DNA from: Caecitellus pseudoparvulus
Lineage: Eukaryota > Protista > Bigyra: Bicosoecida
Direction of reading: 5' to 3'
Length of the DNA stretch: 64,000 bases
NCBI GenBank assembly: GCA_965644315.1
Contig: CBFFRQ010000080.1
Location: forward strand, 372,001 to 436,000
Every line of letters starts with the position of its first letter. Within the stretch, counting starts at the first letter, position 1. The notes under the pieces were generated by a model, which ran no database searches, had not been told where the DNA came from, and saw only the letters and a program-made list of their open reading frames with translations. Shown one piece after another: positions 1 through 12,905 of this stretch. Position numbers and translations under genes: made by a program.

Positions 1-146
1 CGAAGCTGAAGGCCAAGTACGGGCAGGATGAAGTTGCAGATGTTGCGGTATTCGCAAGTGTTCTGCGAAGCGTGGCATCGTTTGATGCGGGCAGCCGGCA
101 GTGGAGCCTGCGGCGCAAGTTTCGCCCCGCAGGGAGCACAAGTTAG
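1..146 (+). CDS. 3' end of a gene entering from the left; resembles the C-terminal winged-helix of CSB/ERCC6/Rad26
   Basis: Frame from nt 3 reads KLKAKYGQDEVADVAVFASVLRSVASFDAGSRQWSLRRKFRPAGSTS* (TAG 144-146). The F..vLr.va.F....W.L...F pattern recalls the CSB C-terminus. Only 47 aa are visible. Confidence 0.4.
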   Translation, partial: KLKAKYGQDEVADVAVFASVLRSVASFDAGSRQWSLRRKFRPAGSTS

Positions 147-184
147 GCACACCTCAACAAGGCAAATGCATTCCCTCCCTGGCC

Positions 185-1406
185 CTAGTCCGCACGAGAC
201 CGCTTCCGGGCCCGAGGAGGTAGAGGTGTGACCCCTTGCAGTCCCTCCAAGCCGAACCAAGCGTGCAGAAGTGTGTCCCCTGCCTCGGCCATGAGCGTGT
301 CGGCTTCACTGCGGAAGCCAGTCTCCAGCTCCTTCAGCAGACCTGCGACGCCTGCAATCCCCAGGTGTGTGCGAGACAAGGGGCCGAATCGGAAATGAGG
401 CCTCTTCACGCCTTCACCAGTTGCTGTGCTGGCGCTCTCCAATGACCTGGTCAGGTACCCTGCCGCCACGAACTTGCTGAGCAGGTCTTGCCAGTTCCCG
501 AGGTGAGCATGTGTTTGGGGCTTGCCGTTGTCGCTGAGAGATGGGTCCAGCTGCAGCAATTGAGACTCCAGGTCTTCCTTCGACAAGCACTGCCCAGGGG
601 CCATGGCCAACAGGCTGAGCACGCCGCCCAGAAAGCCGCGCCTGGCCAGCTCAGTTGTGCATGCTGCTTTATGCACAGGCTTGCCCAGCCCGAGCTCGGA
701 GAAAGTGGTTGTGCTGACCACAGTGAACAGCACCTTCTTGTTTCCTTCCAGGGCTTCGCGCACGCTGCCAAACCGGCTCGCCTCAGCTGCAGAGAAAGCG
801 CACAAACCAGTTTGACCGAGGCCAGTGGAGGCGTCGCGCCCACAGCGACTCACCGGCGGACTTGTACGTGGGCAGCGTTCGCGCTACACAAAGTCCATAG
901 CTGGTGCGAAGCTCTGCGGCGCTTTCTGCGAGGGAAATCCTGCAAAGAGGCACGGGAATAGATACTTGAGAAGGAGGCGTTTCACCAGCGTTTTGCCTTC
1001 CAGCAACCTCACAATGCATCGGCTTTTCCCAGCACTTTCACCCTCGTGATTGCTTGCTTGAAGTCCGCGAGTGTGAATCCTCGATTGCCGCCGGTCATGG
1101 ACAACAGAAGGAAGCGGACTCCATCACAGACGGCCTGGCTGCGCTCCTGCAAAAGTTCAAACCCAGCGGTGCACCGGCGCAGACAAGCAACAGCTTCGGC
1201 GCACCACCACACGGTACCTTTCCCACTAGCTTCGTCTTCCGACGCGTCATTGCAGAGAAGTCAGGCAGAGAGGTGTCTGCAGCCTTGATCTGCTCGTGCA
1301 CGTAGCGCGTGGCGGCTGCGTTCGGGTGAAAGTCACGGGCGGCTTGGCGCTGCGAGCGCCCACGCTTCCTGCCTCGGCCTCCTCGGCCGGAGGCTGAGCC
1401 TGACAT
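185..1406 (-). CDS. NSE3: MAGE-domain protein, NSE3-like subunit of SMC5/6 (multi-exon)
   Basis: Exons read MSGSASGRGGRGRKRGR..., ...VRFLLLS..., ...AAELRTSYGLCV..., GFLGGVLSLLAM...LSKEDLESQLLQL...HAHLGNWQDLLSKFVAAGYL...FRFGPLS, which fits the MAGE winged-helix A/B motifs. Frame changes coincide with GT..AG introns. Confidence 0.7.
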
Positions 1407-1872
1407 GACCACTGCTGAGCATGGAGTATTCAAAGCGGCGTGAGCACTTTGGCGGTCATGTAGGCAAATCGCCAGATGCCGTTTTGCAGCATTTTGTGAA
1501 GTGTGTGAGCCAGCACATCAAAAAGCCTCGCCGCGCTTTACAGGTACGACAAGCATGGCGTAGCCTACGTCTACCCACCCGCGCTGTCCAAGCAAGACCC
1601 ATTTGCTGCGGGCTCATTAATTCCGTGCACTCGGAGCACACTCCACCACACACCCAGGTCCCGTTTGCTCTGCATGGAGCGCGCGGCAGTGCCCAGGCTC
1701 TGCTTGCATCGTTGCTTCGTCCAGGGCAACGTGTGCAGCACCTGCTTTGCCTGGCGCAGTCGTTTTCCTGCTCCGAACCTTGAGTGGTGGCTTGCTGAGC
1801 TGTCTTGAGGAGCCCGCAACGGTCTTGGGCAGCAAGCCGTGCTCTTTGACCTCTGCCCTCCTTGTGGTGGCT

Positions 1873-4800
1873 ATGGGCTCCGGAAGCAGCAAGGAGGAGA
1901 GCGCAGCCGCAAGTCGCTTTGGACCAATCGAGGGGCATGGGAACCGGGAGCTCGCGCGCAAGACTCTGAGCAAGTGCCCCTTCTTTAAGCACCTCAGTAC
2001 AGTTGCAAGGGACATGCTCGTCCACGCCTTTCGCATGCGCACGTTCAACGAGGTATGCAGGCGCCGCAGGAAGCTGGCCTTTTTCGTAGCACGCGGCAGC
2101 CACGTGCAGTGCACCTGTGTTTGCCCCCGCTTCCCCCCTGCACAGGGTGAAATTGTGCTCGAAGAAGGCGAGACAAGCAAGGACTTGTATATTGTGGCTT
2201 CTGGGAGTGTCCAGGTCGTCACCATTCGGGACTCTGTGGGCCCAAGCGCTGCAGAGCGCCCGGCTGCTGGATCCGGCAGCAAATCCAGTGGCGCAGCACT
2301 GCCTCCCGCAACGGTGCGGCGGCACCGTGCTATCACAGTTGAAGATGGCAGCGCTACAGCCAGGGCAGTCAGTCTGGTACAGCGCAGGACGTCGAAAGGT
2401 GTCCTTACTTCCATGCCCTTGGCTCAAGGCGCCTTGGCTGAGGAAGGCTCGCGGCAACAAGGCACGGTGAACCTGTTCAAGGAGCGGGTCCTGGCCACTG
2501 AGTGCGCTGGGAGCTACTTTGGAGAAGTTGCCTTCACTGACGGCCAGGGCTCGGTCAGAACAGCTCGTGTGCGCGCTGCTTCCCCCCGCGTGGCAATTCT
2601 GCAGCTGCCGTACGAGACGTACAAGACCTACACAGCACCCCAGCACTTCTTGCGCATGGAGAAGATGCTGGCGGACATCACCCACCGCACACTGAGTGAG
2701 AAGCTCCGTCTAGGCACGTTGTAGCTCCTCCAGCGCCCTTGCCGACACCCTGCCCACGAACTCCCTCGCGCTCCTCACAGTGCCGTACTTTGCCAGCCTA
2801 CCTGAGCAGCGCCTGAAGCTGCTGCTGGAAATCCTCAAAGTCGAGCCTGTGCCAAGTGGCACTGTCCTGTGCCGGGAAGGTGAGCCGGGGGATTGCATGT
2901 ACATCATCGTCTCGGGATCAGTGCAAGTTTTTGGTCCACCCAAGTTCTTGAGAGGTTCCACGTCCATCGCCGCATCCTTGCCGGCTGAGGAGCCTGCACA
3001 GGCGGCGGCCCTCCCCCCTGCACGCGCATCCAGCGCCTCAGTGCACCGCAAGACCACTACAGGGCACCTCGGCCATGCTGCCATTGGCAGGCTCCAGCGC
3101 GTCATCGCGAAGGGATTCCTCGTCAAGCGTGGGGGGCGCATCAAGACATGGCGAAGGCGGTATTGTGTGCTTCGTGGGAACGTCTTGTCATACTACGACT
3201 CGAAGAGCGAACGAGCCATGTTTTTAGTTCCCACACACGACGTCCAGGCAGACGCTCGCGGCTCTGTTTCTCCTCAAGCTTCCTTGCGCTTACTGTCCCT
3301 GACTGATGGTGACGCTGCTGGGGCTTCTTGCAGCAGCGGGCCAGACGCGCAAGCAGGCGAGGGTAACTTGCCAGCCTTGCGCCCAAGTCGAAGCGTGCGC
3401 TTGTACTCGTCAACAGCCTCCGCTAGCGGACAAACGGCGCCGGTGCAGCCTCGAGGCAGCAAGTTGCTGAGCCAGGTTTCCCCGCCACGCTCCATGAACA
3501 TGCTTCTGTCCAAGGAAAAGCGACGAACCATGGCGGTGAGCCTCATAGGCCAGCATCGGGCCAAAGGTCCGCGAAAGTTGAAGGGCAGGTTCGCCCTCCG
3601 CGGCGCCAGTGTGTGGCAGGGGCGGCCTGGGGGCTTCATCCTGCACACGTGCAGCGGCCGGGATGTGTACTGCGAGGCCTCCACACCTGACGAACGCAGT
3701 GATTGGCTTAGGTCCATCAACATAGGCATTTTGCGAGCCCAGTCCGAGGCGTTGGTCAAGCATGCCCTGCTGGACTGGGACAGTGACGATGAGAGCTCGG
3801 GGCTGGACGCTCCCCCTGCACGCGCCGGCGAAGCTGCCCGGCCCGGGCCCCAAGCAGAGGGCTCAGCACGAAAACGACCGGGAACTTTAGGGAAAGCGCC
3901 ACTGAGTGCTCTGCCTGAGACAGTGCGCCTGCCCCAACAGCAACGCCGGAAGCGAGCGCTGGGCTCCCAGCCAGCAGCACCTGTGGAGGTCGAGGTTGCT
4001 GGGCTGCAGGATGGAGTCGGCGAGGTGGTGGAGGAGGGTGATTCGGAGGACGAGGGCAACGCACAAGTGCTAGTGACTGAGTTATACGCAGGGGCCTTTT
4101 TCGGAGAGGCCTCCTTGATCACTCGAAGTCCCAGGAACGCGACAGTGGTTGCTGGAGGCCGTAGCGTGCTCCTGCGCCTGTCTCGGAGTCACTTTCGGAA
4201 CTTCCTGCGCATCATGCCAGACGTGCAGCTTGCGATTGATCAAGCGGTGAAACGCAGGTATGCCATGCGTCTTGCCAGTCTGAAGTTGCCGTTCCTCGCT
4301 GGGTTCGACGAGGAGCGCCTCATGGCGCTCGCGGACAAAGGCAGGCTGGTGACATTTCGGCATGGCGACATTGTCTTCAGCCAGGGCCAGCTTGGCAGCT
4401 CATTCTACATCATCTTGAACGGCTCTGCAGCTGTCGTGCTGCAAGCGTCCAAAGAGGCACCCCGAAGGGTGGTTGCCTTGTTGCGGGCCGGGGAGTACTT
4501 TGGGGAGCTGGCCTTGCTGCAGAGTGCACCGCGAGCGGCGAGCATCGTCGTGCGAGAGGCCACAACTCTGCTGGAGCTAGACAGGGACTCCTTCGTGGGT
4601 CTCTTCATGGAGGCCTCCAGTTCTGGGCGCTCCGTGGCAGTGCCGGTGGTCAGCAGCCCTGCAGCACGCCGCAACACTGTTGACCAAGGCTCTGGTGTCC
4701 TGCCACCCCGCAGCTCCCAACAGCTGTCGACAGACCATTGCCTCGCTGATGCGATCATTGTTTCCGCAACAGGCGGTGCGCAGGGGCTACAGCTGCAGGC

Positions 4801-5704
4801 AGGGCAGTCGGGGCACTACGACGCCTCTCAACTGTCAGGCACAGTGCTGCTGGGTGGCTCAGGAGGGCAGGACGGTCAAGGCTTTGCGGACTTCGAGCTG
4901 CGCCTGTTCAAGGATAAAGCTGAGTTGAGGCACGTGCTTCACCACGCACTTGGTCTGCAGCACTTCAGAGACGCCCTGAAGGCTGAATTCTCTGCGGAGA
5001 ATGTTCAGTTCTGGTCCCAAGTGCAGCTCTTCCGCTCTCGCTGGCTCCCCGTCGCAGAGTCCCTGCCCATGTGCGTACAGCGGGCACTACTCGCTGAGCA
5101 CGCCGCTGCCAGGCAGTCCAAGGGCCCATCCAAGCCTGCTTCGCGCCGCCAAGCCTCCTCTGCTGCTCTTACGACGCAGCTGCCGGCGGATGCAGGGTCA
5201 CCCGAGTTTGACGTGCCAAGTAGCACGGCAGCTGTAGAAGGCGTGGTTGATGACGCTGATGTCAGCACTTTCACTTCAGCTGTGTGGCGGGTTGTGCAAG
5301 ATGCTGAAGAGTTGCATGGCATGTTCATCGTCGACACTGCGGCTGCCCAGATCAACATCCCGTCGTCCGTCCGCAGTTTGATCGACCGGCACATGGCCAG
5401 CTTGGTGGCGTGGGCAACGGCAGTCGGCGACCACATTCACGGGCTGTCCCGCCAGGAGGCACCTAGCGTGGTGCAAGCCATCACTTCCCGCGGCTCGGCA
5501 GCCCCCGCTGCGCTAGTGGCGGCGACTGAGTACCTGCGCCTGGCCCGACGGTTCGTGGAGGCCCTGACTGTGTTTGACGAAGCCCAGGCGGAGATTTATG
5601 AGTTGATGAACAAGGACAACTTTTCGAGGTTCAAGGCTGGCCCGCACTTCAAAGCCTTGCTGGATGCGGTGAGTCCCTACGTTACCCAGGCGGACTCTCC
5701 TTGA
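1873..5704 (+). CDS. N-myristoylated signalling protein: 3 cyclic-nucleotide-binding (CNB) domains, PH domain, C-terminal RGS domain
   Basis: MGSGSS start. CNB motifs GSYFGEVAF..RTARV, GAFFGEASL..RNATV and GEYFGELAL..RAASI. PH motifs KGFLVKRGGRIKTWRRRYCVL...ERSDWLRSI. RGS motifs FRDALKAEFSAENVQFW...QINIP...FDEAQAEIYELMNKDNFSRF. Introns 2053-2145 and about 2714-2780. Confidence 0.85.
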
Positions 5705-6097
5705 CTCTCGGGTTGGGCTGCTGGGGTGATGGGCAGTGAGAGTCAGGGGTTTGCGCTCGTGTGTGCGTGTTTTGCGTGCGTGTATTGTTGTTGCACACTG
5801 GTGAGTGTGTATGTTGTGTGTGCAGTGCTTGTGGCCACGTGCTTTCAAGGTCTGCCTGCATGCTGCTCGACCGCCAGAAGGTCTGACTTCACGAGGCTTG
5901 GCCGTCTCGGGTGTCTGTAACTGGCGTGTTGTATGGAGCATGTGGGCACGACACGACAATTTATAATTGTAACAGGCACACCACACCAGCCTGTGCAAGC
6001 GACACGCCCATGTCCCCGCGCACCTTGGCCGAGAGCGGCACAACTTGCGGACGTGGCCGTTCAGCCCACGCCACCGCTCCGAGGTGTGCCGCTGGCG

Positions 6098-8761
6098 ATG
6101 GCAGGCGTCTTTCAAGGTTTTTTTTCGAGCTCTTCGGCAGAGAGGGGTGGTGAGGCATCGGAGACCGAACAACACAGTACACACGACCAAGAGCCGCGAG
6201 CGAGACAGGCGTTTGAGGATGTCTTCGTGCAGGAGCGCTGGATCAAGGGCACGAGGGGGAGGTGAGGCCAATTTCCGCACCGCAGCCGCTTCCCGTCGGC
6301 ACCAGGCCGCGCCGCTGACGGCCCAGGTACAAAGTGGGCAAGACAATTGGAGAGGGAGCATATGGAAAAGTGATCAAGTGTCATCGGGCGTCTGATGCGA
6401 GGCCAGTTGCGATGAAGGTTGTCCGAAGGTGCGTGGGGGTGTGCCGAAGCCACCGCTCTTCGCTATGGGCCCGAACTGGACGCTGGGCCGTGCATTTTGC
6501 GCAGTGATCCGGCTTACTTTGCTGCTGGCACAGTGGAGGCGCAAGTTCTCCGGCAGTTGGCCGCCCCCGGGTCCGGGGAAGGGAATGGCATCCCCTCTAG
6601 CATCGTGCAGCTGCTGGACGTTTTTACGCTTCATGGTCACTTGTGCTTGGTCTTCGAGCTGCTGCAGGAGAGCTTGTTCGACATGCTGAAGCAGCGGCAG
6701 TTCCAAGGCATGCCACTAGACTACATCCGCAGCGTTGCTTCTGCGCTCATGACTTCTCTCGCGCACGTGCACGCTTGCTCGCTCGTGCACTGTGACGTGA
6801 AGCCAGAGAACATCATGCAAGGCAAGGGGGAAATCAAGCTCATCGACTTTGGGTCTGCAGCGACTCACGGACAGGTCACATCGGCTTATATCCAGTCTCG
6901 ATTCTATCGAGCTCCAGAGGTACTCATGGGCTGCGCCTACGGCGCTGCTGTGGACATGTGGAGTGCCGGGTGTGTCCTGGCCGAGTTGTGGCTGGGGCTG
7001 CCCCTCTTTGCAGGAGGCAATAACTGGGACCAAGTGCACCGCATTACGCAGCTTTTGGGGGTTCCGCCGTTTTGGATGGCGCAGAGCGGGGCGCAGAGTC
7101 ACGCCCTGTTTGAGGTGACCAAGGGCAGCAGGCGGCGCACGCTGCGCATGCCTGCTGACCACAGGGGCCACTGGCCGAGTTTTGCCGTTCGTCTGCGCTC
7201 CGAAAAGACGTGGAAAGCTGTGGCACAGGGGCCCGATCGTGACACGAGCCTCTGGCAGCAGAGCTTCCTGTCGAGCACAACTCTGTCCCGCCTCATCGCG
7301 CTGCACGCTGCTTGCGCGCCAGCCACGGAGCCAGAGGACAAGCACCGACTGATCCCGACAGGAAAGGTGCTGGAAGGCTTGCACAGAGACGACCCAGACA
7401 CGCCTGCACGCCTCTTTTTCACGGACTTCCTTGCCCGGCTGCTGTCGTTGGACCCTTGCAACCGACCGTCAGCCGAGCAGTGCTTGCAGCACCCATTTCT
7501 CACCATGGACACAGCCATGCTCCCCAGTGCTCTGGAGTCTGCAGGAAGCATGGGAATCGTTCTTCCACTGCCAGCCGCTGCACACCAAGAGCCTGCCGGG
7601 TCACAGGAGGCTTCCAATGCGGGGTCACCCGAAGCCTTGCCTGTGCTGCGTGACCTGTCCGGCAGCAGTTTGCCTGCGCGCATCCCCTCTGCTGGCTTGA
7701 GCAGAGACACAACGCTGCCACCTCAAACCCTGTTGCCTTGGACCCCGCCTGTAGACGAGTCATGGGATGTGCACAATGCCCAGTGCAAGGCTCAGTCCCT
7801 CACTGCAGCCCGCACTCGCAACCAGCAACGGGACATCACCCACACCCACGCAAACAGCACCGTGCGGGCCAGCGCCATGCCTCGCAGGGACAGCTTTGGC
7901 GCGGAGTCCACTGCTTCCCAGCTGAGTGCGCCCGGGTCACCAGTGGAGGTGCGCGGGCACAACTCACCCGTTCGGGGCCCGCTGCTGCTTCGCCCGCCAC
8001 CCCAGGCATCTCGCCCTGCGAAACTGGCCGCGCTGCAAACCATGGGGCATTCAGAGGGAAGCATTGTGCATCGGCGGCATAGCTCCGCTGGGTCTGTGGG
8101 GGACCTGCCTGATGTGCCGCAGGCTGCTGCCAGGTACGGCTTCCTACCCCTGGGCAGGCCGCGACCAGCACCTACCCCAGTTCAGCGAAGTCTGTCATGG
8201 AAAGATGCGGGCACTGCTGCAATGGCCACGGCTGGGGCGGGAAGCGGAGCAGGAGTGTCACCCGGGGCATCTCCATACTTCCACCACAGTCCTTCCTACG
8301 GCCCCATCCCGCCACCCATGGCGCCTTCCCTGCCTGCCCGCGCTCTGTCCATGTCCTGGGGTCCTGGCGTGCCCTCTCCTCCGAGGGCACGTAGGCGGAG
8401 TCACGGTGACATGCTGGCGGCTTTTTCTGCGCAGAGCATGCTGCAGTCGGCTCTGCACCTGTCCACGGGGCTGACTTCGCCGGCATCCACAGACGACGAT
8501 GCTTCCTCGTACGGCTTCCCATCGGGGGCAGCCACCCCAACAGTTCTGCACCCATCAGAGAGCCTGCAGGTTTCCCACCTGGGTGTTGACTTCCACAGGG
8601 TTCGCCCACCGGGTGAGGGCTGGGCTGCCCCAGCCAGCCCGTCTGAACACGGAGCCGCCCTACCGCGCAGGCTGGCGGCGCCGCCGACAGAGCTGCAACG
8701 CCGCCAGCGGCGGCGTAGCGCGCCCTTTGTGATGTTTGCACGACAAGGCAGCGCGAAGTAA
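6098..8761 (+). CDS. DYRK-family (YAK1-like) dual-specificity protein kinase with long disordered C-terminus
   Basis: YKVGKTIGEGAYGKV, VAMKVVRSDPAYF (introns 6262-6326 and 6429-6504), HLCLVFELL, HCDVKPENI, IDFGSA, YIQSRFYRAPE, DMWSAGC. Confidence 0.88.
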
Positions 8762-8767
8762 TGCATT
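8760..8767. terminator. Palindromic AATGCATT between convergent stop codons; putative 3'-end processing signal
   Basis: The same palindrome lies in the convergent gaps at 165-172 and 33257-33264. Variants at 23846, 27696, 41742, 44084 (minus), 56146 and 56236. Confidence 0.45.
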
Positions 8768-8768
8768 G

Positions 8769-11105
8769 TCACCAGTCATCCCAGCCGTCATCGGCACTCT
8801 GCGTCATGGGGATGCGCTGAGCCTTGACACTCAACCTTGCTCCTGGCGCGGCAGGCGGTGCAGTCGGCACCCCCGCCTGTGCGGTGGGGGCTTTCAAGCC
8901 CCCCGACGCTGGCAGTGGTTTGGGCACTGTGCCTTCTGCAGCTGCGATGGAAGCAGTCAATGCGGCCAGGCCAACGGGCTGTGGTGCGCCTGCGGGCTTG
9001 CTGTGCGCAGGAGCTGCAGCTGGCAGCGGGTCCAGCGCTTCCCACCCATCGTCATCCCACCCATCTGCGTCCGCTCTGCCAGCCGCAGATGCAAGTGTGG
9101 GAGCAGCCAGCGGAGTAGAGCGACTCGGTTTCGAGTGGAGCGATGCAGGTGGCGGCTGCTTCGTTGGCGGAGGCTCCACAGGTTCTGCTGTCAAGCCACT
9201 CCAGAAGTCGTCCTCTCCATCGCCAGCACCAACCCCGGCCTGCACACTTTGCTGTTGTTCAGCCTGTGCAAAGTGCCCTGAAGGAACAGCAGCCGCTGCC
9301 TTGAGAGGCGGAGCGGGGGCCTCTGGCAGAGGCGGAGTGGTTTGGCCAGCCACCTCTTGGGCTGCAGCTCCTGGGGGAGGGGCCGTGGATGCCACGTGGG
9401 CCTCCAGTGCACTCGTTGCAGCTTGAACCATACCCAGGGCTGCTTCACGAACGGATGGACTTGCTGCAAAGCACTGCTTCGCCGCAGCAGGCAAGAACTG
9501 CCCCGCAGCCACCTGCAAGGGCACCTGGTCGGTCCTCACTGCATGCCGCATGCCCAGCAAGGCTTTGCAGCGAACTGCAGGCTTGGAGTCGCCCAGCGCC
9601 TTGGCGAAAAAAGAGCAGAGGGTCGACACACGCTTCTCTTCCTGCAGGTGGGGTGCCATGGCGCACACAGCAACGATGGTGTTGACTCTGTTGCGTGCCA
9701 CTTGGTCGCCGAGGCACCTTCCCAAGTGGGAGAGGGTGGTGGATAAGTTTGCTGCAGACAGGTGGGGGGCCATGGTGGCAGCAGCTTTGATGGTGGCCTC
9801 GCGCAGCAGCGGGTTTTCGTCCCCAAAACCAGACAAGGCGTGTCTGAACACGTCGCCGTTCAGCACCTTCGTGGACATGGCGCCAACGTACTGGTCCATG
9901 TAGTGGAGCAGCTGGATGCGCGTGGCGCGGTCGGGAGACGCAAACAGCCTGACAACACAAGGCACGATTACGCTGGAGTACCGAGCCTCAGACAGCTCCT
10001 TGCCGATGGCCAGGATGGGCGCCAGAACGACCGTGCCACCGCCCCCCGCAGCTCCGAACTCCAACGCCGTCATGAGGGCTGGCAGCACCTTGTGTTCTCG
10101 CATGCCTGCAGGCATGCGTGGGAGGAGCTTCGGGAGTGCTTTGAAGAATTTCTGCTTTGCAAGGGGCTCCTTCAGCGCCAAACTGTCCAAGAACAGCAAC
10201 GCGCCGACAACGGGGTGCTTGAAGGCAGGGCAAGCCAGCAGTGCTTTGATGGTCACCCGAGGAGGTTGCCGCCCACACGACAAAGCGCCGGCCACAAGAC
10301 TGCGTAGCTGGGATGGTAAGGAGGTCAGAGGCACCTTTGCCAAGGCAGCTGCATCAGAGCCAGCCAAGTGGCCCGTCGACTGCGGGTTGAACGCCAGCGC
10401 GGCAATGGCGGCCACACTCCAAACATCCAACGCTTGCACTGCAGCTGCGCTGCTCGATGCAGCCGCGGCAAACGGGCTGCGGAAGATGCAGCTCACAGCG
10501 TTTCTGTGCCGCTGCATCCACGAGCCGCTACTGGCAGCCTCTTCAGCCTTGCCACAGCAGTGTAGTCCTGCCAGCTTCCAGTCTCCTCCAGGCGTCACCA
10601 TGACGGTGTCCACGGAGATGGCCCCGTGCACCATGCCACGGGAGTGCAAAAAGCTGACACCTTGCAGCAAAGAATACAGCCCCCAGATGATGGCCGTCTC
10701 GCATGCGTCTTCGCCCACCCTTCTGCGTTTCAGCCACAGCCCCAACGGAATCGCAGCCTCAGTGACCAGGAAGCAGCCAGCTTCAGAGTCTTGGGCGTCC
10801 TGTCCAGCAGGAGAAAGGTGCAGTCAGGGGGCGAAGGGGGCCATAAAGCAGGGCGTTGTACGTACAATGAATGCAAGAACGTTCGGATGCTTCCACATCT
10901 TCAAGTTTTTCACTTCACGGCTGGCATCCTCAGCATGCCGAGCGCCAGTTGTCTTGTCGAGGCTAAAGATGGTGACAGACTTGGCGTCAGCCCCGTTGGA
11001 TACGCCTTCCTGTACTTTTGTCCAGTGAAGGTTCTGCGAGTACGTGAACTCCGCAGTGACTTCCGCTCCTGCCGTGAATGGCAAGCTTGACGCGCCATTC
11101 CCCAT
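8769..11105 (-). CDS. SCYL1: SCY1-like pseudokinase with HEAT repeats (SCYL1/CEX1 family)
   Basis: MGNGAS start (myristoylation-like), EVKNLKMWKHPNVL, WGLYSLLQGVSFLH, GDWKLAG, HEAT region LFASPDRATRIQLL / GFGDENPLLREATIK, acidic Trp-rich tail DDGWDDW. At least one intron near 10790-10860. Confidence 0.85.
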
Positions 11106-11437
11106 GGCGGCAAAACGCCGTCGAAACGCAGGGGGAGAGGCGAGGTCCTGCCACTGCGAGGGTGCAGGACAAACCCACTGCCAAGGGTTCAACGAGTCTG
11201 GTTACAGTGGTCTGGCAGGGGAATTGGCAGTGCATGGGAACTGCAGGAAAACAGATGCACGGTTTGGGGTCTCCGCGTGCAGGCCGCGAGCTGCATGCTT
11301 GAGTAACAGCCGTTTAAATTACATACCTGCAAGCTGTTCTCACGAAATCTTTGTGGTGTTTCCTGCCTCACAACGATTTCCAGCTGCACTGTCGTGGAGT
11401 CTGAGGCCGCCCAACACGAGCGGAAATTGACACAGAC

Positions 11438-11774
11438 ATGGCCAGCTCAGTGCAGACAAAGAACCGCATCATGATCGCGACAGCCGTGCTCGGCACAATC
11501 ACAGCAGCAGGCTACGTCACAGTTGTCCTCCCGTTCCAGTCGTGAGTGCACACTGCTGCAGGGGCGAGCCCCGCCGCTGCGAAGCAAAGTGGCCCTTGTC
11601 ATGCGCAGGAGCACAGCATCTGAGCGTGCTCACGCTGAGCGTGTGAAAGCAGCATACCGCGAGCGGGTACATGGAACAAACCAGGAAGTCACAAAGAAGG
11701 GAGGGGGAAGCATGTGGAAGGCTGTCAACGCAAAGGCCGCAGCAGAGAAACCCTCCAGCACCTCAGACAGGTAG
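11438..11774 (+). CDS. Small (89 aa) single-pass membrane protein, two exons, function unknown
   Basis: MASSVQTKNRIMIATAVLGTITAAGYVTVVLPFQS, intron 11542-11608 (GTGAGT..GCAG), then STASERAHAERV...GGGSMWKAVN. The splice keeps the frame. Confidence 0.55.
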
Positions 11775-11776
11775 GC

Positions 11777-12844
11777 TCACACTACGTCAGGCACCGTCCA
11801 AGCAGCTGTCCAGAGAAGTGGCCCAGATGTGTCCACGAGCACCTCCTCTTTCTCCATGGCATTGGACGTGGAAACGAGGCCACCAAAGCCACACGTCGCG
11901 TCCTGCATGTCCCACTTCAGGCCGGCAGTCGTCAGGTGCTGCACTTTGCCGGCGATGGGTATGAGGCCACATGTGTCTCCTTGCCAAGAGCAGCGGCGAA
12001 TCCTGTACCGAGCCGCTTCTTGTTCGGAGTCTTCTGCCGGGCCGGGAAGGAGGACGGCGAAGCATTCTTGTCCTGCAAGGACCAGGCTGCCAAACGTTTG
12101 GCCCCAGTGGAAGAGAGCGTTGACGGACTGCATCTCCTGGTCCATGCGCCCGCCAAATGCACCGTAGACAACCACCTTGGCTTCCTGCAGGGAGCGAAGA
12201 GCAAGGAGCAGGTTTCAGTCCACACCAGCCACCATTTCCTCCGCAGTGGACACGTACCGAGGCGGCTGCCCCCAGATGCTCTTGCGCGTAGTGCAGGCAC
12301 TTGAACAGGTCGTTGCTGTCTTGCTCTGGGACATGCTCAATGTGAACGCCAGCCTCCCGTAGCCCTGCCAGAGTGTGCTCCGTGGCCGAGTCCAAGTCCC
12401 CCACAACCGCGAGCGGCTGTGAAGGGCAGATGAGCCCGGATCCTGCGGTCGGAGTCCAGAGCATGAGAATCGTCCTCCGGCAGCCTGGCGGAATGCCTGC
12501 ACGCACCAGACACGATGGAGTTGGCAGCACCATCAGCCAGGATATGAACGTCACATGCCTTCCACACCGATATTGCAGCTGACTGAAGGTCTCCGCAGCT
12601 TCCCTCTGCATTTAGCAAGACCAGCACATTGTGCTGCTGTTCGCTCGTGCTGGACAACCAAGAGACATCAACCAGCGTACGCGCTGCTGGCCCTGCCAAC
12701 AAGGCACCGGCACTCGTCCTATCTTTTGCCTCGCTTGCCCTGAGCTCTCGAAGCCAGCAGGTGTGGCGTGTAGCGAGCGTGATCAGGCGCACACGAAACT
12801 CACATGAAACTCCCCGCAAACTCTGAACCTGCACTGCATGCCAT
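11777..12844 (-). CDS. TPK1: Thiamine pyrophosphokinase (multi-exon)
   Basis: ADGAAN, VVGDLDS, EQDSNDLFKCL, GAFGGRMDQ, CGLIP, TTAGLKW, FGGLVSTSN. Start codon is tentative. Confidence 0.9.
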
Positions 12845-12905
12845 AGGGGTAGTAGAGACCCAACACACGGAGAGAGAAAGAAAACAACAGCTACTTTGTG
12901 TGTAT

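Noticed and set aside
5755-5830. GT-rich tract after the CNB-RGS gene
   Set aside because: Imperfect low-complexity 3' UTR sequence, not a true tandem array or telomeric repeat.
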